A stretch of 64,000 bases of DNA from Mizuhopecten yessoensis (GCF_002113885.1 NW_018404492.1:4542341-4606340), one strand, 5' to 3'; shown: positions 37,086-52,030, counted from the first letter of the stretch. Notes: generated by a model from the sequence alone, not told the origin. Program-made: numbers and translations.

Positions 37086-40000
37086 TAACAGTCTCGTATA
37101 CTTAGTTATCTATTTTTCAAGACGGAGTTTGTTAGTTGTCGCCTGAAGAAAAACTGGCTACGATTATTCAAACCCTACCTAGTGTCTTGTCGTAGCAATT
37201 ACAGTACTGAACCGAATTATTGCAATTATCGCCGTAAGTGTAGTTATGGCAAGGTACCAAAAGAGCACAGACACGTTTCTTTTTTACATGTTAGTATAGG
37301 ACAAATGTGGAGCCTAAGCTTCCTTAGTGTTTACAAATTCTTCTTATAATGTGATGACAGTAAACGTATTACTGCGGAACGGCCTCCAAATAACCAATGT
37401 TATGATATCTATTATTAGAACACAAGGTGTTATCAGTATTTCTACATGACACCATCGTCCGCATTGGTGTTACCGGATGTCAACACTCCATGTAAAGCAT
37501 TTAGCCTCTAATATCGCCTTCCTCTGTATTCTATTGCTTCCACGATTGCCGAGATTTTCTAGAACACTGGACGATTAAAAGAAAATATATTTCTCCTCGA
37601 TCAGGATATATTATACAGCCAATAAAACTACAGACAGTAAATCTGCCGTTATTTCAAGGGAAATTCGCGTGAAGTTTTCATGTGGACACATTTTTCATAT
37701 ACATTACAGATTTTAAAATCTGCTTGTCTTCTTATGGTCTGATAAATCATCTTCACTATCCGATTGAGTTTCTTTTATGCATGTACATCTGTATCATCAT
37801 TACAAATCTTATACATGTACAGCGGGTTTAATATTTGAGATCTGTTCATCCTGGAAGACTGCTACACCATTGACATATTTAGTTGTTAAAGTGTTGCATC
37901 AAAGCATTAAGAGAAACAAGTGTTTTTTGCTTAAACAGTAAAAAAATATTTCACATCTACAACATGTTATTTGGTTTCAGCGTCTTTTAATGTCGCTGTC
38001 GCACATTCGTTATGATTCTCAATTGACCATTTATTTCTGATTTGCTGTATGTCGTGCCTAGCAGTAAAGCGGAGACTATGGTTATGTAAAGTGATACTTC
38101 GTGTATGACAATGTTTCTACCAATCGTATTCAATAATTCATGAAAATGTTTTTAAAGTGTTATTTTATGGTACATATTCAACTAGCCTGGTAGAACATAA
38201 ATGTATCCGTCGCATTTGTGATTGACGTGCTAGTACCTTGCCTACTTAACGTAAATATATTTTACTGGTTTGTATGTGTTGGCTTTGTTCTTCGTTAACA
38301 TTGCTCTCCATGTTTAACTTAGGGATTCTCCTCCTGGGTGAAAACTCTTTCTAAATAATCTGGAGTCTTGCAAATATCTCACGCTCAACCCCTTGTCCCT
38401 CATCGATATTTTAGTAGACAAATGTAAAGAGACACATAAAAGTGACCATGTGCCGTGTTGAGTACAGCCATTCTAGTATTTAGGAGTGCTACCCGTCACT
38501 TAAGCTTGATATCATCATCATGGTCGTATGGTAGGAGTGCCTTTGTGTTCGCTCCAGAATTCAACAGAGTAGTACTAGTAGTCGCAGTAAACGAATGTAA
38601 TTCCAGTCCGACGCTTCCTTTGATTGATAGTTATTGCAATTCGAAATTGCTTGATAATCTCATTGACGGCATCGTCAGTATGGCATACAATCAATATGGA
38701 TTTTGCTTCGTTTTCACGGACCAAGTCACACACACCACTTCACTGGTATACGATGCATGGAAATTGATACATCGTACGCTTGAATTTCTTTTTATATTAT
38801 ACCCACTTATTCGACAGCTTTGGTACCTGCCCCACATCACAATTGACACGAGAATCCGGCATCTCCGTTGTTCTTGGGCAGCAAGTAGTTTTTTCTTTCT
38901 CTTACAAAAACGAGTTTTATGGTCTATGGTCTGTACATATAGCCTTTAACGTTACGAAACTGTCCTTCAACCGGTTTTGGCTAGAAACATGCATTATCGG
39001 TTAAAAAAGAGAATCTCAAAATAGCAAACATATATTTCAGCTTAAGGTCACAAAATCTTGATAATATGCTGCAAACACATTATCTTTGTTTATTTGATAC
39101 GACTTTTGTTGTTTGATAGGTAAGATCAGCAGAAACAAGGAGGGATTTAGAAGCAAACTGAAGTGCACCTGCTTCATTTCCCTGCACAAGATCGCTTTTC
39201 CGAGAGATAAACGGAAACAATTCTGATATTTCTATCCATAGTTGGACAACAACGCTAGCGGCGTCATTGGTAAAAAACATTTGCTTCCATGCTTCATATT
39301 CTGATAGTATGAATAGAATAAATTATTCAATAGATTAAACATGAAGAAAATATGTGAAGGGTTTTTATTTCATAGCAATTTTATAAAAAGGTACAAACTT
39401 CGGAGAATTTTATTGATATCAAATTGGATATGAACAAGGTTGCGGTTCTTTTTATTATATGATCAAAAGCGACATGCATTAATTAATTTTTGATATTATG
39501 TTTGGCAAAATAAAAAATAAATCACCGCTTTCGCTTTTGCCGTGACACCATTATTGATCACAAATGACGGTGTGTAAGAGAAGAACAACATGTATTTTTA
39601 ATATTGTACTTGATTGCTGTAATCTCTAGGATATGCTGTCAGCTTAAAATCGAAAAGATAGGACAAATTATGATAACACAATTCTAAATAGGAAATAATT
39701 CTTTTTCAACATAAAAACTGATTACAGTGCAATTTGATGTTGTTGGGTGCATTTATTTAATCAGGCGCAAAACCGCTGTACCTGACATTTAATAATACTA
39801 CGTCAACATCCAATTCAGATAATATTCTTGTAGCCAACATGGAAATAGGGTTGTTTCTGCTTAATCAATTTGACTAATACGATGACACCAGCATATGCTG
39901 TATGTGATTTTGCAAAGCGGTACATTGCAATAACGTTTCAGTGTTGCTCCCGAACATTACAGGCAGACAATTCAAAGTCGAGGCGCCATTTCTATGAGTT

Positions 40001-41049
40001 ACTTCTTTGGGAGACGATTATCATTTTTCGAACTCACTGATTGGTTAAAAAATGCGTTCATTCTCTTACAGCCTCGGTGATAGCTGACATATACTATTTC
40101 TGTGCGAGGCCCGTTTTACAAATGTATCATATTAAGTGGTTGTGGTGATGGTATTTTACTGCGTAGCAGCCAGGATGTATGATAAACGACTGTAATAAAG
40201 TTCCAGCGGCCTTACGTAACTTAGTAATAAAGTCCAGAGAAAATGTTATTGCCAAAAGCAATGCTCAAACACAGACATATCCTGGTAAGAGGAAAGTCGA
40301 TCATTGGTCATATTTGTCCGTAAATTCTTCTCATAAATATTGTATGTGCCGAAAATAAACGGAACTTCCATATATGTAAGATGCGGATGAGGAATGGGAA
40401 TAAGGTTTGAACAATAAAGAATTGTAACGTTGAATCCTTTAACGGTTTCCAGGTACGGGTCCGTGCTACTCTTGTCAACAAATGTTGCGTTTGGTTTTGT
40501 TCGTGATTTGCTTTGCTATTCTTTATGGTTTTTCTACTGCACACAGAAATTTCAATACACCTTATCCCTCATTATAAAGAAAAAAATCTCACATTCTAAG
40601 AGGAGTTCACTGTTTGTTGTGTAAACGTATTTTCAGTCAATGCATATTGTTTTACCCATTGTGGCGTCACAGGGCAAAATGAGATAATTATGTCATATGC
40701 TGATAACTCTTAATGTTATGCATATAGTTAGAATTTCAGTAAAAAACAGTTGAGTTTCCAAAGAAGCGCAGCATAAAGTAACCTGGTACAAACAAGTAGG
40801 AGCTCAAACCATTGCTTTGCCGTGATGACATTTCTTCTGTTTACTAAAGTTACATTGAATCATTAGGTCGTTCATTCTTTAGAGGCTGCATTGTACGCCG
40901 GCAAACGTAAGGAAGTTATCTCTTGTTGTAGAGGAACATGATTATATGTTGAGTTGTGCGACAGTTATTAAGATAAGATACTTTTGAATGACCTCGCCAT
41001 CTGTGGCCACTGTCCTCGTTTCACCTTAAATGTTGCAAGGACGTTTAAC

Positions 41050-42830
41050 GTTATATGAAACACTGATACAGTGAAAGCAGAGTATTTAATAAATTAACTT
41101 AAATTATTTGCTTCTGGGAATGTGCCATTCCATGGAGATGATGTCATTGACAGCGATAGATTTATTTTTTTATATTTTTGCCCATCCTAGTCAGAAAAGT
41201 CTTATGTTAGTGCTTTATCGTTACACGACGAGGCAATCGATTCTTCTTTTGATCTCCTTGAAATTGAGCAGAAGTCTTCTAAAAAACATACGTGGTTTCA
41301 GCCTTAGAACCAATTGTGTACGAGTCTCGGATATTGTAAATTTCGTATGAAAGAACAGAAATAGATTTGTATGGAATAACACGGTCTGCGGGATGTCTCA
41401 GCTGAGGGTAAAGTACACTGACCTGTCATGTGTTTATGGTTTCTCGTTGACTTATGATTAAGAGGTGAGTGTATTGTATAATATCTACAAGTTATGTTTG
41501 ACAACGAGGATAGGGGCAATTCATCTTCATTATAAATAAACACGCACCTTTTCCTTGTGGACTTGTGCCGGAACGTTAATTGAGTTATTATTTTTTGAAA
41601 ACAAGCCGTATCAATATTCGAAACACCAGCATGACTGATGTTTAAACAGAAAGCGTATTACCCAAACAACACGAAATTGACAATTTGATATATTATCTTG
41701 AGTTGATTTCAGAAGAAATCTTTGAATTTGTGGAATGGTTTCCGTTTTTGATGCATTTATTTCACCTTATTTCATTATTTGACCGATCAATCAATTTGTT
41801 GTGACCAGGCAACAGCTGCTGTCATACATCAGGACGGTGTTCGTGGATATTGGAATGATCAACGGCTAATTAAGAATGTCATCTCATTAAAAATTTCGAA
41901 ACCAAGACACCATAACCTGACACTAAATCCAATCAAATTCTTTTCCCATAGGAAACACCTCCGAAATAGAGTAAGGAGAGAAAAGCTTAGTAAAGACCTA
42001 AAGTTTTGTTATGAAGGAAGCATATTATTTTGAGTTCCTCCAATATCGTAAAATGAAATCATGTTATTCTGCAGTCGTGGATATTATCCGCTTAGTATAA
42101 TTATGCAGTTGGATATAGAAGGTCTGTTCTTTCGATATTCTTTACTGTTTATTTCTGGAATCAAAGATAAATATTGTGTTTGAAAAGAAAGGAAATAACA
42201 TAATCCTATGAGAGTCTTTTTCTACTAAAGACGAATGGTATACGATTTAAACAATTTCGATGCACTATTTTAGCACGATAAAGACCAAGATGAAATCATG
42301 GTTATGATATGTTGATTTAATTTGCAAGATTTCCCAGCATGCTATTGACATTCTTGTAAGAACGAACTGTGGCCCTCTCTTGGTAAACTCCTTTTTATTT
42401 TCATATGAGGCTTTGTTGAGCTCACTCAGACTGGTTAAAAAACCCTCATTCATAAGTCCTTTAATTTTAAAAATTAATCGACGATGTGCTGTCTTCAACA
42501 AGCAATCCATTGACAATATCTATGTAATAACCCCTCCCGACCATGACATCGGAACACTACAGACTTTCCTACATCAGTCGTTTAGCTTAAAACTTTACTT
42601 ACAACATGGCAAATACGGAAGACCTGCTACTTCGCGTGATGATTTCGATTTCTTTTTTAATTGTTCAACCTTAGTTATATATGTATTTATATGTCGCGGT
42701 TGAGTTGGTATTTAAAGGGGGCCTGTTTAAATCATCAAAATTTCCGTGACAGATGTCGACTGTTGACAGACAAAATTTCAACACGGAATTTCAAGAGATG
42801 CAGGCTGGTGAAGACTATACTTTTTATGGT
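41050..42830 (+). mobile_element. Degenerate Penelope-like retroelement
   Basis: Eroded PLE RT motifs: TNCGPLLVNSFLFSYEA, RDDFDF, and IYMSRL..Y…ACLNHQNFRDRCRLLTDK. 5' boundary uncertain. Confidence 0.72.
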
Positions 42831-43214
42831 CATCATAATCTCAAAGGGAAATATAAACAAATGTGTAAGTATATTTAATGTACATATGTATACAATCTCC
42901 CTCAGGACCAGGGATACGTATACTGTATCTCCTTTAGGACCTGGTACACATACATTGTATCGTAGTATTAGGTCATCATGGTCATCTTGCTTATAAAACA
43001 TGTAAGCTCCTGGACACTGAGGTAAACGCGAAAAAGAGTTATGTTACATTATAACAGTCTACTTAGTTGAATAGACCTTCATTTGTACATATAACTTTGG
43101 ATACCAAAACTGTTCGACAAATAATCAACTCACGCCACGTCACAGATATATGTATATCATTTTAGCTTTAATTTTTCTAATACAATCTTTTGAAGTACAT
43201 GTATCCCCCCCNAA

Positions 43215-44190
43215 TTTCCAAGGGAGGATTACTTTGGTAAAGAAAACAAAAAGAAGTCACAGAGACTTGAATCTGGTGCATATGGTAGGTGGTCACTGTA
43301 CTACCTTTTGTTTCTTCCAAAATGCCTGATCATTAGTGCTTTTGTGGGATGACAGCATTGCAGTGAGTTAGCTGGATGCCATTTCGTGTAGAATCTTTTG
43401 ACAGGCTTCAGTAATTTGTCTTTTAAAACCTTGGCAGTGACAGTTTTCACTTTCTTGCACGGTATCTGTCAATTTCTATATGTCTTGCAATCACTGGCCT
43501 TTCTCGATTTTTCGACACCCATTGCTTTCTCGATTTCTCGACACCCATTGCTTTCTCGATTTCTCGACACCCATTGTTTTCTCGATTACTCGACACCCAT
43601 TGCTTGGTATTAATGCGCCTCTTGCATTCAAAGTAACAGTCCGTGGTGTTATCCCTTGTTAGTAACCCAAATAGTCTTCTGAGTTTCAACTACCGTACTT
43701 TCACAATATATTTTAGCACATTTCAAACATTAGGCCTTTTGTTCAGATGTTGTCAATTGGGGGCTCCATCGGGCAAAAAGCTTCTTTAATTTCAAGCACT
43801 TGGTCAGAATGTGATGTGTAATGCCTTCTGAAATGCCAATCATATGAGCTACGCAGAAATAGTAAAACGACGATCATCCTTAGTTATTACTTGCAAAGCA
43901 GCAATGTTTATTTTTGATGCTCCGAAAAAAAGGCCTGCCTGACTGTGTGTCCTCTTTGGCGTTTACTTTACCATTCTGGAATTTGTACAAAAACAGTTCT
44001 CAGTGTGACGAAAGAGGTGCGTTTAATACTAACTCTGCATATATCGTTTTAGGCAGTATCATATAAGCGTGTTTCATCCTTCGTTTTAGTATTGAAAAGT
44101 AGCTACTAGTCACGAGTGCACACAATTCAGCAAAGAATTTCTTGTTCAATTCTGGTCGGATAATGTCGGAATTTTGACCGTGCATTGTTT
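43215..44190 (-). mobile_element. Degenerate mariner transposon
   Basis: Minus-strand motifs EDTQSGRP, IGISEG.THHIL…LKKLFARW, YFECKRRINTKQWVS, RPVIA, KTVTAK, and HLPYAPDSSLCDFF (the YSPDLAPxD motif). Cut off at the N at 43212. Confidence 0.85.
43501..43604. repeat. 26-bp x4 tandem repeat inside the mariner transposase
   Basis: TTCTCGATTTCTCGACACCCATTGCT repeated four times. Confidence 0.95.
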
Positions 44191-45541
44191 TTTAAATGCT
44201 TTTGCATTTTGCAGTCTGCCAAGGCGCTGAACTCCTTTTTCGCCGGTGGTTTGAACGGGAGAAGTGAAGTGACATATTAGATAGAATGGCACTCATGAAC
44301 CAAAGTTGAAAACAGAGGAACAACACCAACAATAACGAAAACATTACTCTGACATCATTTATTTATACATGTACACTCGAAATTGATCTTCAAAAGTACA
44401 TTTACACATTTAAGAATTATTATAACAAAATATAAGCCAAACGGATGTGCAGATTTCACATTCCGGTCCACTTGCTTATAGAACGGGAGACTTTAATCAG
44501 AAAGGCCCAGTTGACAAAACGTTTTCTTGTGGGCAGGCTTAAATTTACACTGTCGTTGTATATGGAAGCTGTTCAAACCAACTAAAAGTATATCTAACAT
44601 TCGGTTCTATTATCGTTTTTAATGGACTTATTTCCCTAAAACCGTATTGATAGGTCAACATCAGACAACATTTTATACAGTTTACTGTTCACAACGGTTG
44701 TCCGGTCATTTGTGACTGAATGGAATATTATGCTGCTGTGTCCAGGTTGACATTTCATTGAGATCGTAATATTGAGCTTCCTTTGGTTGAACCAGGTTTA
44801 TGTGACCTTAGGTGTTTCAGGTACTTCAAACATATAAAAAAACACCATCATAATGGACCACTAGAAGAAAGCAACCTTTTGGTCGACTTGTGATATAAAC
44901 CTTTTTTTCTTGGATCTAGGGCCTAACAAATATATCAAAATATAGATAATACTTTTCTGGTATTGTTGCGCTGGCTACAATACTGGATGTGACTTACACA
45001 ACTTTTATATCTAGTAATTTCCCGATTAGGTACCGTTATCCCTTTAACATGAATATGTTTTGTAAAGACCGATTGAAAAGACCGCATTACGTAGCACTGT
45101 GACTTTTATACAAATTTACACCATATTCGATGGCATTGTCCAGCACGATTCGTTCAGGGCTATGGTAATTGGAAATTGGAGATTCATTGACTGTTACACA
45201 GGATTATATAAGTGTCAGAGATACAAATAAATTACCAATTAAACTGAATGTAATGTCAATAACATTGGTTGAAAAGTTTCCGATAAAAGCTGTTCGTACT
45301 CTTATGGAATAATTGTGTAAGTGCTACACTGTTACAAAAAGCGTCTGGCTTCCAACTGATGATACATGTATATGTAAATCTAGAAGCTCTCTAAAAACTT
45401 GTCATCCAACGCAAAAATAGATTCAACAGACAGCGTTATAATTGAAAGATATTACGGTGCTCACAATGATATCAAAAGCAATTTCTAAAGTATAATAATG
45501 ATTTTTACTTTCTTGCTGTCCAGGCAACACTGAATTGTAGA

Positions 45542-46047
45542 AATAATAATAATAATAATATACAGCATTTATATAGCGCCCTATATAATTTGTAAAGTTA
45601 CTCGAAGGCGCTTTACAACATATGGATAATAGTAATGGTTATAATTGTGAAAACAAACAACAAAGGCTTGCAATCACTTTCATACATTGAACAAGCAATG
45701 TGCACATAATTGAACAAATAAAAGTGTGGTATTTACATGACGTCTTTGCAAAGATTCTAAATTGCACACGTGAAGAGGTGAGTTTGTATGTCCCTCTTGA
45801 ACTTGGCCAGGGAATTTGACTTCCTAATAGCAGATGGTAAGCTATTCCACAACGTAGCCGAAACCCTCCCAAAGTATCTGTTTCCGTAGGTCACAGTACG
45901 ATATTTTGGGACACACAACACAGATTCTGACTCCAATCGCAGTGATCTTGACGGCTGATACAGGGAAACAAGTTCCTGTAGGTACTGAGGAGCTGTTCCA
46001 TTCAGTGCCTTGTATGTGTATACCATAAATTTATAAGCCAGCTCGTG
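45542..46047 (-). mobile_element. L2-clade LINE 3' end
   Basis: YKFMVYTYKALNGTAPQYLQELV…LWNSLPSAIR…FKRDIQTHLF, then a 3' stem-loop ending GCGCTATATAAATGC and a (TAT)n tail. Confidence 0.92.
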
Positions 46048-46063
46048 CAAGGAATGAAGTAAG

Positions 46064-47630
46064 CGTCAGGAAATTCCGTGAAATTTCAATACCAGATTTC
46101 AATAATGACATTCAGTCTTGTTCCGCCGTTCAATCTACTGAAGGCAAGGTTGATGATCTTGTTGAAGCATACATATCTGGTATAGAAGCCATTATATAGA
46201 AACACGCACCTCTGCAAACTAAGGTGATAACTGTGAGACCAAATGCCCAGTGGTATAATGAAAATCTCGCGTAAAAAACAGAACCGTAGAAAAGCAGAGA
46301 GACAGTGGCGACGGACCAAATTAACCGTTCACCAACAGATTTATAGAGAGCAATGTCGGCTAGTTGGTTCACTACTCTTTCAGTCAAAGAAGGCTTATTA
46401 TTCGAAAAGATTCGAAGAGTGCGGCAAGGATAATAGACAGGTTTTTAGACTCACCGAAAACCTAATGGAACAGAAAGGTGAAATTATCCTACCAAGCTGT
46501 AATTCTGAAAAAGACTTAGCAAGCAAGTTCAGTGATTACTTTCTGAATAAAATCAGCTCAATCAGGAAAGATATTGCCGAAGTGAACACTTCTGCTGACA
46601 TTGACATCTCTGTCATGACTGCTGACATTGCATTTGATGGGGGAACCATTGGCAAAGCTCTCACCAACAACCCAGAACGAGTTGCGCAACATTATCATGA
46701 CCTCGCAATCGAAGTCCTGTGAGCTTGATCCACTGCCTACAGAACTATTAAAGTAATGTCTTGAAGCCCTGCTTCCTTTGATTACCTCAATCATGAACAA
46801 ATCATTGGCCGAGTCAATGGTTCCATTATGTTTCAAGAAGGCACATGTCAGACCATTGTTAAAGAAGCCTGGAATGGACAAGGAGGAGTTGAAAAACTAC
46901 CGCCCAGTTTCAAGTCTGCCTTTTTTGTCTAAGATCTTGAAGAAGGATGTGTCCCGGCGTTTAGAGGTTCATCCCCATGCAAACAGTCTCCATGACAACA
47001 TGCAATCGGCCTACCGCATGGGACACTCTACTGAGACGGCCCTCCTACGTGTACATAATGATACAGCTTCTGCATTGGATAACAAGTGCAGAGCGGTGCT
47101 TGTCATGCTGGACTTGTCAGCTGCATTTGACGTCATCGACCATTGCAAACTTTATAAACGTCTGGTATACTCTTATGGAGTGACTGATACCGCACTAAGC
47201 TGGATACAGTCTTACCTGAGTGAACGACGACATGTTGCCATCGGATCTTCCACCTCACATGACAAAGTACTAGATTTCGGGGTTCCTCAAGGGTCGGTGT
47301 TAGGACCACGAAAATATTGTATGTACGCCAAACCGATTGGAGAGATTTGTCGTTGCCATAGCCTTCGCTATCATTGCTATGCCGATGACACACAAATTTA
47401 CACGGTCATCAAACAACAGGACAGTTGGTATACAGTCTCAGAAAGTCTGGAAGCTTGTTTGACAGATATCTGGATGAACGCCAACATGCTTAAGCTTAAT
47501 CAAGTAAAGACGGAACTAATCGAGACGGCACTAATCGTCTTTTCCCCAAAGTGTCAGCAAGCAATGGATCTCCAGCTCAAGGTCGGTGCCAGAACTATTG
47601 AGACTGTTCCAGCTGTTAAAAACCTATGGC
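46064..47630 (+). mobile_element. L2-clade LINE ORF2 segment, inverted relative to the adjacent 3' end
   Basis: [54 protein letters not shown]; ends at AVKNL. Contains stops and frameshifts. Confidence 0.93.
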
Positions 47631-47634
47631 ATTT

Positions 47635-50600
47635 AAATACAGACATACATGCCCATTATTGCATGTATCCATATAAGCACCAGAAAATACATATAATGTT
47701 CATGCACTCTACTAACCCGTATTGTGTTTGTTTTTGGAGAGAAAAATAGCAATCAACAAAAAGACAAATTGTAGTATACAAAAAATTCTCAAAATAATCC
47801 TTCCATTCCATCCATCTTTGATCAAATGTTTCATTGTATCTGAATGCAAGAAACTCGTTCAAACCAGTTAAGGACTGTGGACATTCCCAGAATAGATGTT
47901 CTGTAGTTTCTATTTGTATTTTACACATATTACAGATATTGTCATTTGACATCCCAATAGCATTTAAATAGTTTTTAATTGGGAGGATACAATTTTATTA
48001 TCTGTATTGAAACCATTGCAGTGTTTTGTCTTTTGTAACTTATATAAATATGACTTGGTATGAAGGGCCTCTCCAAAGTCGTTTCTTCAGTAAAGTTATT
48101 ATTTAATTGCCTAATAGACAATATTCTATGAAAAATCAAGAAGTTTCCAGAGCTTATATTGTATTTCAGTTTAAAATTTACAAAAGTTAAAAAAACATTA
48201 TTTTGCTCTATAGATCACAAACATTTTTAACACCCCGATCAAACCATTTTCGGACAAAAACAGACTTTTTGCCAATACGAAAAAGTGGGTTATACCAATT
48301 AGGGAGAGTTAAGAACTACATAATAGATTTTACTTGTGCTACTTCTGAAACATTAACCAATGTCTTAAAAACATTCTTCCAAAACATATTACAATTGTGG
48401 GACCGCACAACGCATCAAAAATAGCGTGCGCACACCGTGCATACATCGTTCACCCACCGACCGCACATCGTTCACACATGGTGCGCACAACTGTGCGATT
48501 TAACAATTGTTCGCCCCGTTGTGCGCTTATCTCCGCACAACTGTGCGATTTGGTACAATTTGTAGATCAACATTACGGAATGAAAAAAATACGGAAAGCT
48601 CGTATGCAATAATGAAAACTGTATGTATTATAGTAATTTCTCATCACAGTAATGAAGATTATGTACAGTTTTACAATGCGTATAACACAGCATTACAGTG
48701 ACCGTTAGGTAACAGAATATGTAAATTACAATTTGATGAGTTACCGGGGTTTTACCTGACCTGTACCTGACATGCGATACCGTATGACCGTAATGAAAAC
48801 ACAGCTGGACGTTTAGTATTTGTTATTTGCATTCGGTTTGCCTATAGCTCCCCTTCACCTGTGTTTTCACACTACTGACCCTACCCGACGAAATACGTAA
48901 GCGCCCTGGGCGGCGGAAAACTACCGTCCAGGTACATGTAGACGGCTAGTGGCTATGTTTACCTGTATACGGGACTGTTTTGTGATTTCATAGGTGTCGA
49001 TTAAGGGCGTTTAAAAAATACCGAAAACACAATTTCTAAATTTAAGAAAGTATAGATATAAAGATAAGTTTATAGGTGTAGGTAGAATATAGAAACATAC
49101 GTAAACACTAAGGTTTATATGTTTAAACACGAAACCGCATTTATTGTTAAGGCATTCCTCAATTTACACCAACCAAGATTGTTATCGCACAACGTTCCTC
49201 CATCGTGCACACAAATGTGCGCAAGATATGATCGCTCAAATTTTTATCGTTCGCACATCGTACACACATCGTTCACACACAGTGCACACATGGTGCGCAC
49301 ACCGCACATCGTGTAACGTTGAGCGATCCCACAACTGTACTAATCATATTTTTATTTTTTTATTAAAATCAATTCCCATATCTGATATATTTTCTACTGG
49401 AAAATGCTCTGCTTCAAAAATATGTATCCAGCTTTGACCATTATTTTCAGTAATCTTCGTATCCAAGTGGACTTCAAACTAGAAATTAAATTATTGATGT
49501 TAATCTTTTTAAGGCCTCCACTTTCATACTTTTGGATTATAGTATTTCGTTTAATTTCGTCAACAGGAGATTGCCAAATGGTGTAGGAATTGCAATGAAC
49601 AGATGATTAAGTTTTAGTATAATTATTGATTTCAATACTACAATACGACCAATAGGGGTTAAAAGCCTACGTGACCATTGGGTTATACTGTTATTTACAT
49701 TTTTTATGGCTTTCACATAATTCAAGCTTATAATCTCTTCTCAGTTAACTGAAAAATGAATACCTAGCAAATCAAATTTTGTTTCCCCCCATTTTAATTT
49801 CCATCTATGATGGTAGACATCTGCGCTGAAGTTCTTGCTGCCAATCCAAATAACTTTTATTTTATCATTATTAACTTTTTGACCTGACATTTACCAAAAT
49901 AATCTAAAGTATTTAAAGCTTCATTGAATGAGTTTCTAGATCCATCTAAGATTATTGAGGTATCATCTGCAAACTGTGAGAGTTTATAATCCTGATGTTT
50001 TATTGGTATACCTATGATATTTTTATTTGTTTTGACCAAAATTGCTAATATTTCAGCTACTAGTAAGAACAGTCGAATCCTCTTTGTATCTAAAAAAAAA
50101 TCAGACAGAATACAATTTTGTGTTATTGCCGAAAAAGTATTTTTATATAATGTTTTGATCCATTTCTTAATGCTTTGGACAAAATAAAAAAAAATCAATT
50201 ACATTGTATAAAAAATTCCATGAAACCGAATCAAAAGCTTTTTCGAAATCAATGAATATTAGAAGTCCAGGTATATTGTTTAGTTCAGTATAATTCATAA
50301 TATCATAAATAAGTCTAGTGTTTTCACCAATATATCTACCACTTAAAAAACCTGTTTGTGTATCGGAAATAATATGGTCTAGAACTGATGTAAGTCTGTT
50401 GGCTGTACAAGCTGAAGCTAGTTTATATACAACATTTAGCAAAGTAATTGGTCTCCAGTTTTTCATAAAATGTCTAAGCTTATCACATTTTGGAATACAA
50501 GTTATAATTCCCTGTCTTTGTTATACCCAAGATTCAAAAATCTAACAATAACAAATTTCAAATTTACCGAAACGAATTTTAAAAAACTCGCTTGTATAGC

Positions 50601-52030
50601 CATCAGAACCAGGTGATTTAAAGTTTTTCATGTTTTTTAAAGCAAAAAGTTGTTCTGTTGCTGTTAATTCTCCAAGGTCTTCAAGGTTTGAACGTTGATC
50701 ATCAGTTAATTTAACATACTCTAGACCACTTAACAAATTATTTAGTTTAACATTTTCTATGTTATCAGAGTGGTCACGATCATCATATAGCTGTTTGTAA
50801 AAAAATCATTGTTTCTGCAAGAATATCATCTTGACTTGTTAAATCTTCACCATTATCTTTTTTCAATTTTAACTATAGTTCACATAATTATAAGTTTCTA
50901 AATTACAAAAATATTTTGATGGTTTTTCGCCCTCATCTAGCCAAGTTACTACCTTTGAACGAATCATGTGTCCTTTCATTTTATTTATTCTTATATTTTC
51001 TAACTCCATATTCTGTTGTTCATATGCCTCCAAACTTGATGCCCTTGTATTGTTACCTTCAAGTTGTTCTAAATCATATAGCAATTCTTTTTCTCTTTTA
51101 TCCCTTTCCTTTTTTCTAAATGATGAATGTGATATGGTAATTCCTCTCATCTCCATTAACAATGTTTCAAAAAATAATTGATCATCAATACGAAGTACAA
51201 GTTACATTTGAAATGTCATTATTATAAATAGGTGAACAGTATTGTTGTTTTGGTCATATAAAAGACTATTATTAGATTTCCAAAGGCTCCTTCCTTTTAC
51301 AAAATCACTTATTTTTATTTCTAATGAGATAATTGAATGGTCTGACCTATAACCTATATGAATATTACTTTTATCAATACAGTTAGAAATATTTTCTGAG
51401 ATTAGAAAGAAGTCTAATCTAGCTTGTTTTACAGGGTTCTTCTTTCGCCATGTATATCGTCTATAATTAGGATGGAACAATCTAAAAGGGTCAATCAAAT
51501 TTATATCTTCTATAAGTTTTAAAAGCCTTGTACGAGCATTTGAGTTATTTATATTAACATTATTATTTTTGTCTTTTTCTGGGTCTAAAACTAAATTGAA
51601 GTCACCACAAATAATACAATTGGGGTTATTATAACTAGTAATTTGTTCATATATCCTTTCGTAGAAAACTGGTTCATCTCTATTTGGACCATATACATGT
51701 ATTAGCGTGAATCTAATTTTTTCAACACTTATATCATGAATTATTATATTACCTTGTATGTCTTTCCATTCGTTATGAATATCAAATTCAAAATTATTAT
51801 TAAAAAGTATACAAACTCCCCTTGAATTATTTCTGTATGAATTAAAAATACATGTATATCCCCATTGTAGCCCTATTTCTTGTTCCTGCTCTACTGTAAA
51901 ATGAGTATCCTGAAGACATAATATATTAAAATCGTTAAAGTTATTTTGTAGGTATTTAAAAACATCGTTTCTCTTTTCTTTTTGCCCTAATCCTTTACAG
52001 TTTGCAGATGTTATTTTGATGTTATTTGAG
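47635..52030 (-). mobile_element. Tx1/L1-clade LINE ORF2 relic
   Basis: APE motifs (SANCKGLG, LQDTH, GDFN, RLDFFL, SDH), RT motifs (KSPGSDG, NWRPITLLN, DFEKAFD, QFADD) and the C-terminal CxxC…HLFWEC. Interrupted by a MITE. Confidence 0.93.
48392..49337 (-). mobile_element. MITE with CA(A/G)TTGTGGGA TIRs and TA TSD (Tc1/mariner type)
   Basis: TA|CAATTGTGGGA … TCCCACAACTG|TA, inserted into the Tx1 ORF2. Confidence 0.88.

Noticed and set aside
38455-39280. 164-aa ORF and neighbouring short ORFs
   Set aside because: Non-ATG start, no recognisable domain and no consistent exon structure.
43212-43212. Single N next to the mariner 3' end
   Set aside because: Assembly ambiguity or gap marker; adjacency across it should not be over-interpreted.
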